Assembly (NCBI GenBank): GCA_002633005.1
Contig: NMRA01000071.1
Location: 306,197 to 370,196 of the forward strand
DNA from: Phoronis australis
Lineage: Eukaryota > Animalia > Phoronida
Reading direction: 5' to 3'
DNA: 64,000 bases
The notes beneath the pieces are model-generated. The model saw only the letters and a program-made list of their open reading frames with translations. It was not told the DNA's origin and made no database searches. The position numbers were made by a program, and so were the translations under genes. Positions 11,766 to 24,947 of the stretch are shown here, in pieces. Each line of letters begins with the position of its first letter. Position 1 is the stretch's first letter.

Positions 11766-12252
11766 TTGCCAGGAAAGCTTGAATTTAGAGAGTCTGGATA
11801 CGGTCTCAGAAGTGAAAACTGTCTCTATGTGAAACGCTTTAATACGGTGACTTACGGATGTAACTCAATCTCCCTTACTTTGCTGTGGAACCCATTGCCA
11901 TCAGTAATGAGACAATGTACTGCCTTAAATGAATTTGCCACTCTTGCTCATGATTTTTTCCTCTGAGATCTGCTCTTGTGAAAACTGATATGGATGCCTA
12001 CACGCTCCGTAACTAACCTGGTTCCCGGGCCTCACAAGCTGACGTCAATTGAATCTCGTGAGTCTGTGTAGGAGACTAGCTCCGTAACATGTATGTGTAC
12101 TTTTGTATTTATATTTATGTTTAAGTTCTGTATATTCTCCGTACTGTAGAATTAGCTAGTATTTTAGCTCTGTATCTTCATTTTGTAGATTTTAAATTTG
12201 TCGGATAACAGCACTAGTGCTAACGTTTCATTGTTAAATCTCACCGACTTTT

Positions 12253-12285
<33 letters not shown>
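11766..12285 (+). mobile_element. 3' end of a CR1/L2-group LINE with a (CTA)n tail
   Basis: GYGLRSENCLYVKRFNTVTYGCNSI...LWNPLP resembles the ORF2 C-terminus of CR1/L2 LINEs; followed by an AT-rich UTR and (cta)~10 at 12256-12285. Confidence 0.6.
12014..12078. mobile_element. 65-bp insertion with a 10-bp TSD (possibly AcademH-type non-autonomous element)
   Basis: GCTCCGTAAC at 12004-12013 and 12079-12088 flanks TAACCTGG...GGAGACTA. The superfamily call is inference. Confidence 0.55.
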
Positions 12286-13143
12286 CAAAGATTTTATAGA
12301 TACCTAAGATCTCCGACTTATGACCTAAATAGTCACAGCGTTACAAGTAGCGCCACCTNATTGAATATGCGGCGACCTAATTTTGCTTGCTCATCCACTG
12401 GTCTGTGTACTTGTGGTCTTGTTAATTCGCGCCTTGTACCGTCTGAGGTACAACGTACCCTGGACTCCATGGTGTCCCGAGATTAAGATGAATCCCGACA
12501 ACTGAGGATACCGGGACATGGGCGGCGCACCATAGGGGACTGGGGAGCCTATAACCTCCCACTTTTCTCAGTGCTACGCCACGCATGGTCAATAGGTAAT
12601 GCACCACAGGGTTCTGAGGGGGCTTTAGCCCCCCACTTTTTTCAGTGCTGCGCCGCCCAAGCGGTACCCTGTGGCACTCGATCTCTGTCTGCGGCGACCG
12701 TTAGAAAATCCTCCAATCATTTCGAAAAATGATAAGTCAGTTGAATCAGATTTGATAGTCGTTCCTTCTTGCGGTCCTAGGGGTAGGCTAACAAGAATAC
12801 AGGACCTGCAGTCCGATGCAACGAGCCTGGGTGTTTCCGACCTGGAGTTCCATATCTACTTTCCACAGGGCTTGGTCTTCTTGTCTATGTCCCCGCCTTC
12901 AGTTGATAGTTTTGAGACAAAAAAAGAAACGTCATTGATCTTAAACTACAGACCATGCTTTTTGTATTACTTAAGATAGTTTTAGAGGCATTTCAGCTGT
13001 AAGTGTATTTAATTGTGTTTGATTCGAAAGAGATGACTGTTACATTGCTAATTATTATTGTTCTATTTTTACCCGAGGTGATGCCTTACTTGCAGCAAGG
13101 GTAAATAATTTTGGGAAGTATTACCAGCGATTTCCGTATATAA

Positions 13144-13656
13144 NNNNNNNNNNNNNNNNNNNNNNNNNNNNNNNNNNNNNNNNNNNNNNNNNNNNNNNNN
13201 NNNNNNNNNNNNNNNNNNNNNNNNNNNNNNNNNNNNNNNNNNNNNNNNNNNNNNNNNNNNNNNNNNNNNNNNNNNNNNNNNNNNNNNNNNNNNNNNNNNN
13301 NNNNNNNNNNNNNNNNNNNNNNNNNNNNNNNNNNNNNNNNNNNNNNNNNNNNNNNNNNNNNNNNNNNNNNNNNNNNNNNNNNNNNNNNNNNNNNNNNNNN
13401 NNNNNNNNNNNNNNNNNNNNNNNNNNNNNNNNNNNNNNNNNNNNNNNNNNNNNNNNNNNNNNNNNNNNNNNNNNNNNNNNNNNNNNNNNNNNNNNNNNNN
13501 NNNNNNNNNNNNNNNNNNNNNNNNNNNNNNNNNNNNNNNNNNNNNNNNNNNNNNNNNNNNNNNNNNNNNNNNNNNNNNNNNNNNNNNNNNNNNNNNNNNN
13601 NNNNNNNNNNNNNNNNNNNNNNNNNNNNNNNNNNNNNNNNNNNNNNNNNNNNNNNN
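13144..13656. other. Assembly gap (513 N)
   Basis: Run of n characters. Confidence 1.
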
Positions 13657-14078
13657 CAAATGATGTTTCCTCAAAATTGATATTGTATTGTATTACTATG
13701 CTTACAAAGGGATCTGAAAAATATTGTTATTCATTTGAATGGCATTTGCTTTCATTCTAGTATTATTGCATCACAATAATTATCGTATTGGCCATAACAT
13801 CATCAAAAATTATGTTTTCCTCAAGTAAATTATAAATATAATTCACCAAAATTGGTTTTATGTCTAAAAACGTATTTTTATTCAAGTTAGTTACAATCTT
13901 CACCACAGTCTCAGACCTGGTTTTGAGGGTCTCCGAATATAACTTGGTCTCCACCTAATAGGTGGCGCTGTTCCAAATGTGTGACTAGGCAAATTACACT
14001 AGGACGGCCATCTTGGGATATAGTATCTTTGCTACTACTACGCAGTACCTTACAGTAGATGGCGCTGTATGTTACAAT

Positions 14079-14124
14079 ATGGCAGCTTCCAATCTCCAGA
14101 CTCCTTCATTCTATACTTCTGCAG
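14079..14124 (+). CDS. Probable exon 1 of the LicD-family gene (MAASNLQTPSFYTSA)
   Basis: ATG in an aatATGGc context and a CAG|gtatat donor in phase 1, which joins in frame to the acceptor at 15885. Confidence 0.6.
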
Positions 14125-15885
14125 GTATATTAGACAGTGACCACCGTCTCTAGTTATGTGAGCTGAGGGTGGGTGAATGTTGATAACTTCATGTGAAGTG
14201 AGGGATTTGTTGTTTTTAGCTTGCCCTCACGCTCAGGCTCAGAAGTATGTATCTAGTTTTTTGAAAATTGACTCAGTGTTGGGGGTTTTGGTTGTTTTTT
14301 TAGTTGTGCGGTTTTTCAGAAAAGAAAAACTACTTGAGGTGAGCAAAAATGATGCATCATTTTTTACCTCTCGCTTGTCAAATTGTGGCATTTTAATGCT
14401 TATGTTGTGTTCGTAGAACCAGTAAAACAACACAGATGAGAGTAAAATAAAATACGTCTACTCACTTGAAGAACTACTGTAATACAAGAAGGGGACGAGC
14501 ACGTGGCCTGTGGGCATAAATACCACGTGACTATATTCTAAGGAAAACCACAAGTAACATTGCCAATACACAACAGCTTGCTTACTGCTAGCTTGTTTAG
14601 GTATTTTGTGTAACTTTTAAAAACATGAAACTTTTTCTGAAAATGAAATTGATACAAGTAGATGCTTTGGTCAAAACGAGTCGACGTAAAGACCCGAACC
14701 AACTTTCCTTTGTTTGTATTTTCATATACTTGCAACTATGTGGGTCTGTCTGTGTGTCTGTTTTCTTGAGAGAGTTGTATGAATGGTACAGGGATGACCA
14801 ATGACAAAAAACAGGAACATTTCCCAGGTGATGTATTCTTCCACAAATAAATAGGCTTGAGTTATGGAAATATTTTTTGTGTTGGAACATTTAAGTGAAA
14901 TGTAACGGGAATCGGTTGAGCAACCAGCACCAATGTACTTGGTATCTAAAATGTCGACTTTACGTAGCCGATAAAAATATTTGCTGCGTTGTGTAGTTTT
15001 TCACTCGTTCGAATCGCATATGAGAGAACCATGATGACAACTTATAGAGAGTGAAACAATTAAGAGAGAAGAAGCTAAATATACTGAGTTTATTAAGCAA
15101 TATGAAATACAAATCTACAAACTTACAACTCATCGCTAACTTCTGTCGACATCGCAGCTTTGACTTATAATCTTATGAATTTACAAACAAGAAGATTACA
15201 CCAAAAAACATTAAAAGTCCATATTTGAAAGGCCTAAACAGTTAGTTTGTTTGATTGGGATTCCTTGCGAATAGAGTCGAGACCCGGCAGAATCCAGAGT
15301 GTGAGCGTGAGGGGCCCATTTTTACAGGCGTATTCACACCGCGAATGTTCCAAACTGCGCTAAAATAGGTACTTACGTTAAACGTAAAAACGAATCAAAA
15401 TGCAAAGTGAAAATTTCGTCATCAGAAATACCAAATAAGGAATTGACCATCTTACATTCCTTTAAAATCCACTCTAGCTTCAACTTAACTCACGACTCCA
15501 TCACACTAATAAATGAATAAAGTGAAATAGCGATAAAAAAGAAAAAAAAAAGAGGATACATCTGGAAATAAAATAAGAGGAAATTGATGCCAAAAAAGAA
15601 GAAATCCTCTTAAAAGAGGATAATTCCAAGCCCTGGGGTGGACCTTTCCGTGTGTCTTCTTTTCCGCCATGTGTTTTGTTCAGAGATCTGTATGAGTGGT
15701 GAACCTGTTGGTGANTGTTCACCACTTGGCGGCGCTAGTAGTAGCGGTAACAGCGAACTCACAAGTGAACTCTTCTATACTACTACACTCCTTGATTTCA
15801 TCATATGTTCTGTTGACAGAGCTGTGTGAAGGGTGAGCCTGTCTGTGTGTCTTCATTTCAACATGTGTTCATTGAATCTTTCCAG

Positions 15886-16664
15886 ACCCCAAGAAGCCTT
15901 CAGGACAAACAGATAGTTTACGTGGTTATGATTATGCTGATGATGGCAATGTGGTGCACTATGATCACTGGGGTGACGCACGCTCCAACAACATTGAACT
16001 AGTGTTAGAAGAAAACAGACGCCTCAAACCAGCTCGCTTGGAGCTGTTTAAGCTCGTAGTGGAATTCTTAGAAAGACTCAAGGTCCCCTACTTCATATCT
16101 GATGGTACTGCACTTGCAGTGTACAGGGACGAGGGAGTAATGATACCACATGACTATGACACTGATATTGGTGTAATGGAAGAACACTTCATGGTGATTG
16201 AGAACCACTTGGACCTTCTTCCTGGTTATGTAAGAGTTCGTGACTTTGATAATCACACCAACATGCACTGGTTACATGATGATGGAACTGAAATATTATT
16301 TGAAGGATTTGGCTCAAAAACATTTGCGTTTAAAGACGCACGTGATTATAAACACTTGGCTTTGGAACAAGGTCATTATAAACTCACTGTAAGTGTTGAT
16401 GTGTTCACATGGCGGTCATGTGACAGTGGTAATACCCTTGCAGTAAATTATGCTTCACCGTTGTTGGACATGAGTAAAATGAGGTTTCCAAAAGAAGTTA
16501 TTTTCCCAACGAATTTGTTTGAAGGAATGAAGGTGCAGGGTCCACATGACCTTCAAAGATATCTGGAGATTAATTATGGATATATTGGCAAGGATGCTGA
16601 GTGGGATAGTGTCAGTCAGAGATATGTCAAAAGAATGAGCTGTAAACTGGCAGAATGTGAATAA
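15886..16664 (+). CDS. LicD/fukutin-family nucleotidyltransferase-fold protein, main exon
   Basis: YFISDGTALAVYRDEGVMIPHDYDTDIG (GTxLGAxR...IPWDxDxD-like), VDVF and GPHDLQRYLEINYG. Acceptor ctttccag ends at 15885, the frame is open to TAA at 16664, and AATAAA is at 16747. Confidence 0.88.
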
Positions 16665-17029
16665 CAAAGCTAGCAGTATGTGGTAGTATTTTTTATTTTG
16701 GGAAAGACCCGCTCTGGGATTTCAAGCACTGTTATCTTGCAAATGTAATAAAAGATAACAGTGTTTAGGAAGGCTGAACAAAACATTACTCATCAATGTC
16801 CGCTCCTAATGCAGTAGTTCACAGTCTTGCATAAAGAATGAACGTATAAATGTTCTCTCATAATTAGACGGAGTAGACCCCCTTTTTCATTTTCAATGCA
16901 GCGTCCACATGCCGTAAATTGACGTGTAGTGGCATGTAGACGCTTAAGATGATACGCTGGGCTTCGGGCGTTTACATACTTTTAAATTTATCGTTACACC
17001 ACAGTATTAGAACAAAAAGGAAGATGTGT

Positions 17030-17490
17030 AGATAGTCTGACCACATATGGTTAAAAAAATGATTTCTGACCAGGGATGGGAGTTAGACTGAAGGTGACGT
17101 CATAATGTGGTTAACTAAATTATCTCCACATCGCACATGGTTAAGAACCTGATTCATGGCAGGGCAGGGGAGTTAGACTCGTGGTGACGGCGTGTGGTTA
17201 ACTAAAATATCTCCACATCACATATAGTTAAGAAACTGATTGATGACGGGAGGGAGGTTAGACTCATGATGATGTCATCATGTGATTAACTAAAAGATTT
17301 TCACGCCAGGTTAAGAATCTTGATTTATGATGGGAGGGAGGTTAGACTCATGGTGACATCATCATGTGATTAACTAAAATATCTTCACATCACATATGGT
17401 TAAGAAACTGATTTATGACGGGGAGGGAGGTTTAACTCATGGTTACGTCATCATGTTGTTAACTAAAATATCTCCACATCACATATGGTT
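17030..17490. repeat. Minisatellite, ~75-80-bp unit, ~6 copies
   Basis: Recurrent gggagttagactc...taactaaaatatctccacatcacatatggttaa. Confidence 0.85.
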
Positions 17491-17492
17491 AA

Positions 17493-18085
17493 AGGAGAAT
17501 ATCACCCGATTTAATTAGTCTTTTTTACCGTCTTACTCGGTCTATATTCACATCGGCTCTTGTGTGGTCGACCTCACCTTGCCGAGAGGTGTCGCGTTAA
17601 CCTATGAGTAAGGTGAGAAACGACGCAGCGACGTCAGTGGTTCGTCTGCAGAGTAACTGCCGCTATATTACGGTGCATCGTTCCCGCGTGTCCGAACTAT
17701 GAAGCTGCGAAGAAAGCGGGTATATCGTTTTTTTCGACTTCCTCGAGAGCCCGAAATGTTTAGGAAGTGGCTCGTGGTAGTGAACAGAATATGAGGTACC
17801 CTGTAAGTATGAGGTCGTGAAACATCTCCGTGTCTGTGGTCAGCATTTCGTCAACAGTGATCCTAACCAAAGCTTAGGCCTATATAAAACTGAAACGAAG
17901 TCTGTCTCATTAGATACAATTCGTAATGCCTTTGCAGTGTTCGTGAGTGCAATTGTTGAGATGCCAGCAATGAATAAACCACTACGTTACCCGGCTTTTG
18001 ATGCCGGCAATAAAGGTAACTGACCGGCCATGTGAGCGCATTGTTTGCTGACAGAAAGCTGTTGAGAAACAATTACTCGATTTCA
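17493..18085 (+). mobile_element. Second, more deleted copy of the THAP-bearing Kolobok family
   Basis: TTAA followed by AGGAGAATATCACCCGATTTAATTAG. Sequence is the reverse-complement homologue of ~8940-9321 and then ~8315-8535; decayed THAP (KHLRVCGQHF). The other terminus is not found. Confidence 0.85.
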
Positions 18086-21000
18086 AGGTACCTAAACTAT
18101 GGCGGTTAACGGACTCATAACACGGTCAGAGACGCATGAACACGACTCACGTACCTGCAAACACCGTTCACTCACAAACACGGGAACGGACTCACAAAAC
18201 ACGATCCATTCATCCAAATACACGGGAAACGGACTCACATTCACGAAGAAACACGGTTAGACGGACCGCCAAACACGGGTCACGGACTCATCGGCTACCT
18301 GGTAGATAGAACTGGCAGCTAGGAAGAGTTCAAGTCAGTGTGGATGCTGGCCAGGGGCTGAGTGGCTGACTGCTGAGGGCCAAATGAATAGTGGCCAGGG
18401 CCTTAGTCTTTGGTTGTAGAAGACAGAATGGTTTATGGCCGAAACGAGAGTGAGTTGCAACAATAGAGCCAAATGGGTAGCATCAGGGGGCAGAAATCTT
18501 TGGCGGCCGAGTGCAAATTAGGTGGGTTACAGTGACCCAGATTGGCAGGATGGGTGGCAGTGTCCAGGATAGAAATCTGTGGCGGCCGAGTGCCGGATGG
18601 TGGCCTGAGGAGCAAAGTTTGTTTGTGGCTGAGGCACTGGTGCTGGCCCATTGTTAAATTGTGGTGGCCACGTCAGGGACAAAATGATAGTAGCCGAGGG
18701 TGGAATGGTGGCCATAGAGAATGAAAAGCAGTCAGAACTCAAGGGACAGAGATATAGATGTGATAATAGTAGCTTGTTTTTATCGATCACAATTGGAGTT
18801 TTACCGTGCTCGTCATATATTATATCTTTTAACGTAGTTAATCGTAGTTTTCAGTTGAGGTGAAATTACAGTAGACATAGCGAGCACCTTGGGCCCCACT
18901 GACCATCCGTTGGTAAGCCACAGAGTCAGTCACTCAGTACGTTTGCTATGAATTCGAGACCATTATTTTTGTTTACTTCATTCTGTCATGAATGAGTTAT
19001 TAATAAAATTGTCTCTCGTGAATTATTTTCTATTGACTGTGAATGTTTGCCCTTTTATATCATTGATGATCACCCCGTCAGAAATCATCATTCAACGTTA
19101 GGAGGCCCCGTGTGTATGGGGTGTAGGGAAACGACATGCAGTTTCTGGCGACTGGTGGCGATTAAAATTTGTAGCAGTCTGCTGGGACAATACAATATGA
19201 ACCCAAAGTTACAATGACTATTGACCGAGATGAGGGATTTTGACACTGAACAGGGGGCCATATCCCCCTTGGCGGGTGCCATGCCTCATTGGTTGTGGCT
19301 CGAACAAGGAAGATAAAAAACAAGAGGTAGGCAGGGGTGAGCTCAGTAACACTAGAACCTCTCTCAAATTTATCCAAAATCACGTGTTCTCATTTAAAAT
19401 ACACGGCAATACCTCGCGAAGTCTTGAATTATAGCATGGTCCTAGCGTTATTGTTCTTATTCTACCTCATACGTCTTCAGTCCCCATGTTAACAAACAGC
19501 AGCGCCATCTATCATTTAGAAGCACGCATTGTAATAAGCAATTATCATCAATGCCGTTTTCAGAGAATGGTAATTAGTAATGCTGTCTGCATTTTCTCCA
19601 AAATACAAGGTTTTATGTCGTATTTTGCAAGCTTATTATATTTCCAAGAGCCTCCTATTGGTGGCTGAGGCAACTGAGAACATGCATGACAAAGTGCAGT
19701 TCGTATAATACTTCGTAGGCAAAAAGTACGGGAGAGGCAAGATATATTTTTAGATTATGAACATATTAGTAATGACTGGACAAATTATTATTAAGTCAAT
19801 TTCTGGATAGGTGCGTTATGGCAGCTACAGAGTGCCAAATTTGGCCGAAAATGGCTTCAGTGAAAACCTGCAAAATAGCCGTTTTTGCCTTACAAAATCA
19901 AAACATACAAATTTAAAAATGATTTTGAAATTTATACCATTAAATTATTCAGCCATTGCCGTTTCAATTCGTATTATTCCTTAATTTTGACCTTACCACA
20001 CATGCTAGTAAAATGCATTCAAACATGCCTACTTCGACGCCCAAATTTGTTGCAAAATGGAGGTACAGGTCATAAAAACAAAAATAATGAATGAAAATTC
20101 TTAAAAAGTGAGGTTTTTATACATCTCACAGAACCAAACTCGTGCTAAGTTAAAAAAAAAACTGTGATTTTGAGTATAGACTCTACCTGTTGGTTTTACA
20201 TGGAGTCACTCTTAAGTAGTAACTACATTCAGGGCTCGACACTATGAAAATCGCCAGGTCGCATTTTGCGAACTAGCCAAAATCCCAGGTCGCATTTTCA
20301 AAATTCAGCTCGCATTCATAAATGCCAGGTCGCAAAATTTTCCCGCCATTTTCAAGCGCCAAAATATCTTTTTATTTTAGATTATCGAGAAAATGTTTAT
20401 ATTATGGTCTTACCTGCGGCGTTATATACTCACAAATTTCAGGTCGCAAAATTGAGTTCTTACATGCAGGTACGGCGTTACTGTTCTTTACAACCGTCAT
20501 TCAAAGGTTGTTGCCGACGTGAAAGTTGAATCAGTGCTTTCTAATCGACACGTGCATTCGAGTAACTAAGCTTGCAATGTGAAAAGGGAGAAAATGTTCG
20601 TTGAAAAAGCGTACGCGATTTTGCTAGGTCTGACCTGCTACATGACAGTCGTCATTGTCATTAAAGATCCAAACTAACTTTGAGTGCAAATTTTGTATAT
20701 TTTTAATTCGCAGCCCAAAATTTTCAACTTAACTTGGCGTTTGAAAAACATCCTGTCGAAAAATATCCGTGAAACGTTGCCCTGGCCGAATGACGTATGC
20801 AGATGCTCTTGTACAGATCAGTGCAAATTTCACAGCAAAAATGCTGGACTTAAGCTGTTTTAAGTACTTAACAATTAGTTTTCCATGAAATGAAAAGCCT
20901 TGAAATTAATCCCCAATCCGTGCGATTTCAATCAGGTAATTCAAGTTTGCTCCTCAATATCTTCCATGTACGGGAAAAATAGGTCAATCACAAAACAACA

Positions 21001-21612
21001 CGCATGTCACTTGTCTCATAGGAGAATTTGGGGGGCAGAGGGACCCCTCCCCACCCCCTTGGCTGCCGCAAAAAACAGGAAGAGCGTAGGGAAATGTTGA
21101 GTTTATTAATTAACCCAGCTAATTAAAATTATACGGCTGAAACAAGATTCAAATGTGTGCAGTTTTAATGTTTGGGGGGGGGGGCTCAGATCCAATTTCA
21201 AGCGTCAAATTCGGAACACGGCGCAATCGTAACGGAACTACGGCTAAGTATAGGCTCTCTCGCGATATCTCAGGCGACCGGCAGTGGCTCTGGGCACTAC
21301 GACTCCGTTTCCGTCGTCTGCTCCACTGTGCAATGAAGAAAATTACTTCATTTTTTAAAGAAACTGGAATCTGAGTGATGGTGAAGAAACAGATGCTGGT
21401 GGTAAGATGCCAATTTTAATCGAAGCTTTAGTGAATCACTCAGAAACTCATAATTCTTTCTTTGTCAAACCTTAACTTAAGACGATTTCCAAAGCAATCG
21501 CGTCGTTATTGCCAACAGAAAAAACGGACTTGGTCTTTTAGGCAATTGAAGACTATCTTAAATACAACAAATTTGTTACGAACTGATTGCACAAAATATA
21601 AAACATGTAATA

Positions 21613-21849
21613 CATGCGCGCACCCAGGGAGGCTTGGGGGGGGGGGGCTCGAACAAAGTGGGCAAAAAGGTCCACCTCAGAGAGACAAAAAGTCCGAGAA
21701 AAGGAGGCATGAGTTCATTAAACATGCGCAAACGCGCAACTCACAGTGGTGTTCCCGTTTTTTTTTTAGTCCGCCCGCTTTTTTGTAACCAAAAGGTCCA
21801 CAAAGTCAGAAATTCAAGACCCCCATATTGAAGGCTGGATGCGCGCATG
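21613..21849. mobile_element. MITE with 15-bp TIR and 5-bp TSD
   Basis: CATGCGCGCACCCAG...CTGGATGCGCGCATG flanked by TAATA on both sides. Confidence 0.8.
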
Positions 21850-22667
21850 TAATAAGCATTACAAAAAGAAGGAGTTTTTGAGCGCAAACGCTGAGGACCA
21901 TAAAAAAGTAAGTCTCTTAGTATCAAATTAAGAGTTAAATTGTGGTGGTGCAGTGGTAAAGCAAGTGCGCTCTATCCGCTAGGTCGTGAGTACGAGTCCG
22001 TGGCACTTGGGGTTTTTCCTGGTTGACTTCTTGTTTTATTTTTTTTGCCTTTTTTCTTGGATAATACTTCAGGAATCAAGGAAAATGCTTTATTTTAGAG
22101 GAAAAAAACAGAAAAATTTCCTGGGCGGGAGGGGGGCAAACTCCCCTGCCGACCACCCCCCATTCGGTGCTATGCGCATCTACAATCGTGCTTGGAGCAA
22201 TTGTTTACAGACAAAATGTTGGGCCCAACCTTGTGATATCCTAGATCCGCCACTGAGTCTTACTTTCTTTTGGAGGTAAAACAAAGCTGGGGGTGGTTTT
22301 TACATATTGAGAAAAGACGTTTTCTTTGAAAACTGAATTTGTTGTGTAAAATCAAATTGATTCCCTATATACAGGCTGCGTGTCAATTTCAAAACACGTG
22401 CGGTCGTTTGTAGTGTGCTACGATGGGCGCTGGCCTGAACTTAACGGTAAGATTAGACGGTTAGTAGAGCAGTAAGCGCATATTATGCAACAGTTCAAAG
22501 ATAGGGAGTAGGCGTATAATTTCGCATCTACCTGTTTAGTTGCAATAGCTGACTACGGGCATAAATCATCGGGCCTAGCCGGGGAACATCGACCCTGACA
22601 TCGGAACAGGAAAATATTGGGCTACATCGGACCTGGGAAATACCGTAAAGCATCGGGTCTTTCTTAA

Positions 22668-24064
22668 GGTTATCTTCAACCCTATTTAGTGGCCTCTATT
22701 CTAACTCGTATATAAAAAACTAAGCTTTTTCAACTAGTAAAAGTATATATTTTCTAAAAGAAAAAGATTAGGAAACACGAAGATACTTTTTGCATTAATG
22801 TACCATTATCATTTTTACGTAAAACCTTTTTTAAGTAAAAAAAATATTTTTAAAGAAAGTTACAAAATATACCCTCGGTCGATTTAAATGGTACTTTTTA
22901 TATGAAAACTTCACCAGTTACCTAAAACACTTACGAATTTTCGATTAGTCTTTTCGTTTGGTTTCTATGACAAATCAACTCGCAAAACGTAATGTATCTT
23001 TGTAAAAAACGGAAGTAAGTCGTATTCGTCTTTGTTACATTACGCAAAAATTGGACTTTATATCGAAAATCCTAACAACATTTTTGAGACTGATGCCTAA
23101 ATATGAAATTTGGAAAGTTTCAATGAAATCCACCGAGCCGTTTTCGAGAACTCGTGTTCCTAAGTTCAAATAAAGTCGATTTGCCGAAGCCGAGAAAAAG
23201 CCGATTTAACTGAGACAAGTGAAAATCTCAGTCTTCGATTAATTATTCTGTGAAAACTTGTTTTCGGTACACATAACGTATACAAGCCTTAAATTTGTTC
23301 GCCATTTCATCATTCACTTGCAATGTCAACTGATTTTGCAGTGCGTAATTAACTTCATTATCAGTAAAACGTACTGTTCCCACCCAACTCTGACTTTTAT
23401 TTGCGAACTTTGACCCACTTTTATATAAATAGGTCACAGTTCATTGTTGTACACATAGCCTGTCCACGTCACATGTTGGGAGACTGATACGAAACCAAGT
23501 AAGAAATGGATGACAAAAATCGAATCGGTGGTTAAAGCATGTCGTTAGCATGAGCTCGAAACATTGAAAAGTTATTAATTGAATGAAGGAATTAGAATGA
23601 GGATTTATCTCTTTTCACAATTTGCTTTGTTCATGACCACAAAGGCCTGAGGCGACCGTAGCATTCATTCTCAACGCCAACGGTCGTATGTGCATGTAGA
23701 CTCAAAACTCTCTTCGGATCAGAATGGCGTTTTGTCTGTTTTCCCCGGCACCATTCTGCCATAAGTGCATCTCGTTTACTCAATGTTATGGCGATTTTTT
23801 TAATGAAAGAACTGAGGGTATGTTCTGTACCTGGCGGGAGATTCGATTTGATTGAATGCCCTTTAACCTTTGACCTCGGATAAGTAGTAAACAAATATCC
23901 ACGCGGTTGTGCGGTACCAAAGTGGTTCTCTTAAATCTTTTTTTCTCGCTACGCAGTTTATGTTTTGTATTTGAAGTTCACGAGAATGAAGATAAGGTAT
24001 TTTACTAGACACATGTAAAATATTGTAAAAATGACCATTTTTGTGAATAAGGTTGGAGATGACC
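22668..24064. mobile_element. Non-autonomous Kolobok-like element, family B copy 1
   Basis: TTAA TSD (22664-22667, 24065-24068); TIR GGTTATCTTCAACCCTATT / AATAAGGTTGGAGATGACC; homologous to 43833-45032. Confidence 0.85.
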
Positions 24065-24947
24065 TTAACCACCGGGAATCTATTAAGTTCATTGTCAAAT
24101 TAACTATTGGCACCCGAGCGCTTAACAGAGCCAAGTCGGTATACTCTTTCATTTAGTATTGTCGCTGTTCTCTTTTGATGTGCAGCTTTGGAGTGGCGCG
24201 CGCGGAGGCCTACACTTTACGTTGGCAGCAACATGTGACAGACCTACGACTCGTATTTCGCGTACGTAGCCCCAGAAACAAGTAAAGGGTTTGAGAATTT
24301 CTTGGCGACTCAAAAACTACTTTGCTGAAAGTAAAGACGTGGCCGTCGTTTGGCAATTAATAGAAGCGGTGGATCCAGGGTTTTTAGTTAGGGGGAGAAG
24401 CTGGCTGGGCACAGTGTTAGCCAGGATTTTGCCCGTCAGACATTCGCACCCCCGAACTTTCAAATGGAATCTGGGAGAGTTGTGGGGGAGGCATGGCAGC
24501 CTTGCCCCCCCTCTAAATATTTTGGAAAATGAGGTCTATAAGGACCTGGTATGAGCACCTTTGTGGCCGTTTCAGAAACCCTTGATGAAATACAGCCGGT
24601 GGTCCAGTTACTGGTGGCTGAGGGAGTGTTCCAAAAATATACACACTTCAACGCCTGGAGTTCAAATTCAGTTCCCGTGGATGTGTGAGATTCTACGCAG
24701 GCCTATTGCATGGTTACACCTTATTTTGAAAGTGGGTGCGTCACTCATGACGTGCTCAGTCTAATATGCAAGGAGATGGAAGGCAAGCGATTCAGTTTTG
24801 AAGAACAAAAATTCATTGCTCAATTGGAAACTAAAAGCATCAAGGAAGTGAAAAGAGAACCTTTGTAAATTGATGAGCAATGAGTTTTCGACCTGCGGTT
24901 AGTGAACTTAAACCCACTAATCTACTTCCTAAGTTAATAGATAATTT

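Noticed and set aside
13069-13674. 201-aa ORF
   Set aside because: Artefact of the N gap.
21941-22010. tRNA/SINE head (TGGTGCAGTGG...GAGTACGAGTCC)
   Set aside because: The B box is degenerate and I could not define a cloverleaf or element boundaries; at most a decayed SINE-like piece.
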